Both the position numbers and the translations under genes were made by a program. This document shows, piece by piece, positions 62,376-64,000 of a DNA stretch of 64,000 bases. How positions within the stretch are numbered: position 1 is the stretch's first letter; every line of letters begins with the position of its first letter. The notes below the pieces were generated by a model that made no database searches, was not told where the DNA came from, and saw only the letters and a list, made by a program, of their open reading frames with translations. This DNA is from Bordetella parapertussis (GTDB lineage Bacteria > Pseudomonadota > Gammaproteobacteria > Burkholderiales > SG8-39): contig CAMAWC010000001.1 of assembly GCA_945861875.1 (NCBI GenBank), positions 41,805-105,804 on the forward strand, read 5' to 3'.

Positions 62376-64000
62376 TGCGGCTCGCCGACGGTAAAAGCCA
62401 GCGGTGGCCGGCCGGCCAGATGGTGACGCCACATCACTTCGTAGGCCCGTTCCAGGTTGCGCACGAATCGCAGGGTATCAAACAAGGGCAGTTTTTCGTG
62501 CTGGCCGGATAAATGCCGGCGCAACGCGCCAAGTTCTTCGGGCACGCGGGCCAGCCGTACTGCGGTCTCCTCGTACTGCCCCATACTGGCGCAAACCAGT
62601 TGCGGCAGCCCGGCAGCACAAAGCAGGCTGGCACCCACGCGCGAAGGGAAACTCTCTTGCGGGCAGCTTATCAGCGGAACCCCCGCCCATAACGCGTCAC
62701 TCGCACCGGTATGCGCGTTCACCAGCAAGGTGTCGAGAAACAAATCAGCGCGCGACAGGCGCGCCAGATGGGCAGGCTTGGGCAGGGTTCCAGCGAAAAT
62801 GAGGCGTTTTGGATCGATGCCGCGGGCCGCCGCTTCGCGCCCGAGATTGTCCCGCGCCAGGGTATTGCTCTGGTACAGCCACAGCACGCTGCCCTCCACC
62901 CTGGCGAGAATGCGCATCCAGCAATCGAACATCACCGCATCTATTTTGTAAACATGGTTGAAGCAGGCAAATACAAAACCATGCTCCGGCAAGCCCAATT
63001 CACGCCTTGATGGCGGCGCATCGGCTATCACCTGATGATTATCATTGATCTGGTATGAATCGGGCATGCGGACAAGCTGCTCGCCGAATTGCGCCACATG
63101 CCCGGGCGGCGCGACGACTGTGTCGACAATCGCGTAATCGTTGATTCCCTTTCCTGTGGAGCCCGGATAGCCAAGCCAGGCGACGCGCAAGGGCGCCGGT
63201 CGAAGCGCGAAAACCTCCGGCCTCGCCTCATAGGTGAAGCCCTTCAGATCAACCAGGATGTCTATGCCGTCGTCAAAGATCCGCTGCGCCGAGCCGGCCG
63301 CACTTTCGTTGCGAATGTCGTGAAAATAATCCGCTTCGGCCACCACCCGCCGGCGATAGTCGCTGCCGTCGTCAATGCCGATGGAATAAGCGCTGACCTC
63401 GAATCGCGCGCGGTCGTGCAGCCCGAACAGGCCGTTCATCAGGTGCATGGTCGGATGGCCGTGGTAATCAGCGGAAACATAGCCGAGGCGAATCCGACCG
63501 CCGGGCTTGCGCGACGAGAAATCAAAGCGGGGGCGCGCAGCCCCCAGCCCGGCCTGTACGCGTGCAGCATGGGCGTCGGTTACCGCACTCCGGAGAGCCT
63601 GGGGCAGTGCAAACTGGTACGCCACAAAGGGGTGCAGCCCGGCAAACTCAGGGGCCAGCGGCGCACTTGCCCAGCGGCCAAGGACTCGCGACAGCGCGCC
63701 CAGGTCGTGATGCCAGTCACACGCCCAGGTGCGCACGCGCTCCAGCGCAAGCACCATTTCCGGGTCGTCCGGTCGCAAGGCCAGCCCCCGTTCGTAACAC
63801 GACAAGGCCTCGGCCAGATGGCCGAGCTCGAACTCAAGCTTGCCAGTCAGTTTCAGTACATCAATCCAGTCCGGCCTGTCCGATAGCGCCTGCCGGGCCC
63901 ATTGGAGCGCTTCTGCGTAGACTCCACGCTGAAACAGGATGTTCCCGAGGTTATGGGCAAACTCGGCCCGGTCTGGCACCAGACTTACCGCCTCGCGGGC
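62372..64000 (-). CDS. TPR-repeat O-GlcNAc transferase homolog (GT41, eukaryote-OGT-like subtype), 5' end outside the window
   Basis: The reading frame is open to the window edge. The catalytic region is collinear with metazoan OGT from memory (YVSADYHGHPTMHLM, EVFALRPAPLRVAWLGYPGSTG, FACFNHVYKID, NAHTGASDALWAGVPLIS, ..LERAYEVMWRHHLAG). Confidence 0.8.
   Translation of the reverse strand, partial: AREAVSLVPDRAEFAHNLGNILFQRGVYAEALQWARQALSDRPDWIDVLKLTGKLEFELGHLAEALSCYERGLALRPDDPEMVLALERVRTWACDWHHDLGALSRVLGRWASAPLAPEFAGLHPFVAYQFALPQALRSAVTDAHAARVQAGLGAARPRFDFSSRKPGGRIRLGYVSADYHGHPTMHLMNGLFGLHDRARFEVSAYSIGIDDGSDYRRRVVAEADYFHDIRNESAAGSAQRIFDDGIDILVDLKGFTYEARPEVFALRPAPLRVAWLGYPGSTGKGINDYAIVDTVVAPPGHVAQFGEQLVRMPDSYQINDNHQVIADAPPSRRELGLPEHGFVFACFNHVYKIDAVMFDCWMRILARVEGSVLWLYQSNTLARDNLGREAAARGIDPKRLIFAGTLPKPAHLARLSRADLFLDTLLVNAHTGASDALWAGVPLISCPQESFPSRVGASLLCAAGLPQLVCASMGQYEETAVRLARVPEELGALRRHLSGQHEKLPLFDTLRFVRNLERAYEVMWRHHLAGRPPLAFTVGEPQ

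Overview
This is a GC-rich 64-kb chromosomal window that is mostly housekeeping. From memory, the gene content and local synteny look betaproteobacterial; I could not verify this. Recognisable blocks are: phaP; nrdAB; a PP0621-pilS-pilR-like module; tRNA-Pro; ispB / rplU-rpmA-obgE-proB; rppH / proS; pyrF; leuA-pssA-psd-ilvC-ilvH-ilvI; an ECF sigma-DUF3619-DUF3106-RDD cluster; lptFG / pepA-holC-valS; moaC; and a macAB-like exporter. I call about 60 protein genes and one tRNA. I saw no rRNA, CRISPR array, transposase, integrase or phage gene. Many long ORFs in the track are antisense mirror ORFs of real genes, which is typical of high-GC DNA, and I rejected them. All motif and homology calls were made by eye and from memory; no scores or searches were run.

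The most unusual content is listed here in rough order of interest:
- Four TPR-glycosyltransferase genes lie in tandem at 57310-64000. Three are translationally coupled OGT/GT41-family paralogs and one is a GT61/DUF563-like enzyme. They look like a protein-glycosylation system with no visible target.
- A near-consensus sigma54 promoter sits in front of a 503-aa protein whose C-terminus carries clean PilZ c-di-GMP-binding motifs.
- A rubrerythrin / HdrD-like CCG Fe-S protein / DUF3501 / CNP1-like operon has a perfect 10-bp inverted-repeat operator over its -10 element.
- An orphan ChrB gene is divergent from tusA, with a 6 x 12-bp tandem array whose first unit forms the -12 element of a sigma54-like promoter.
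- A 6 x 10-bp tandem repeat abuts the ilvH start codon.
- A 76-bp duplication of the ilvC 3' end brackets a GC-rich palindromic insert.
- An orphan HlyB/HlyD pair lies behind a lytic transglycosylase gene that has a long leader.
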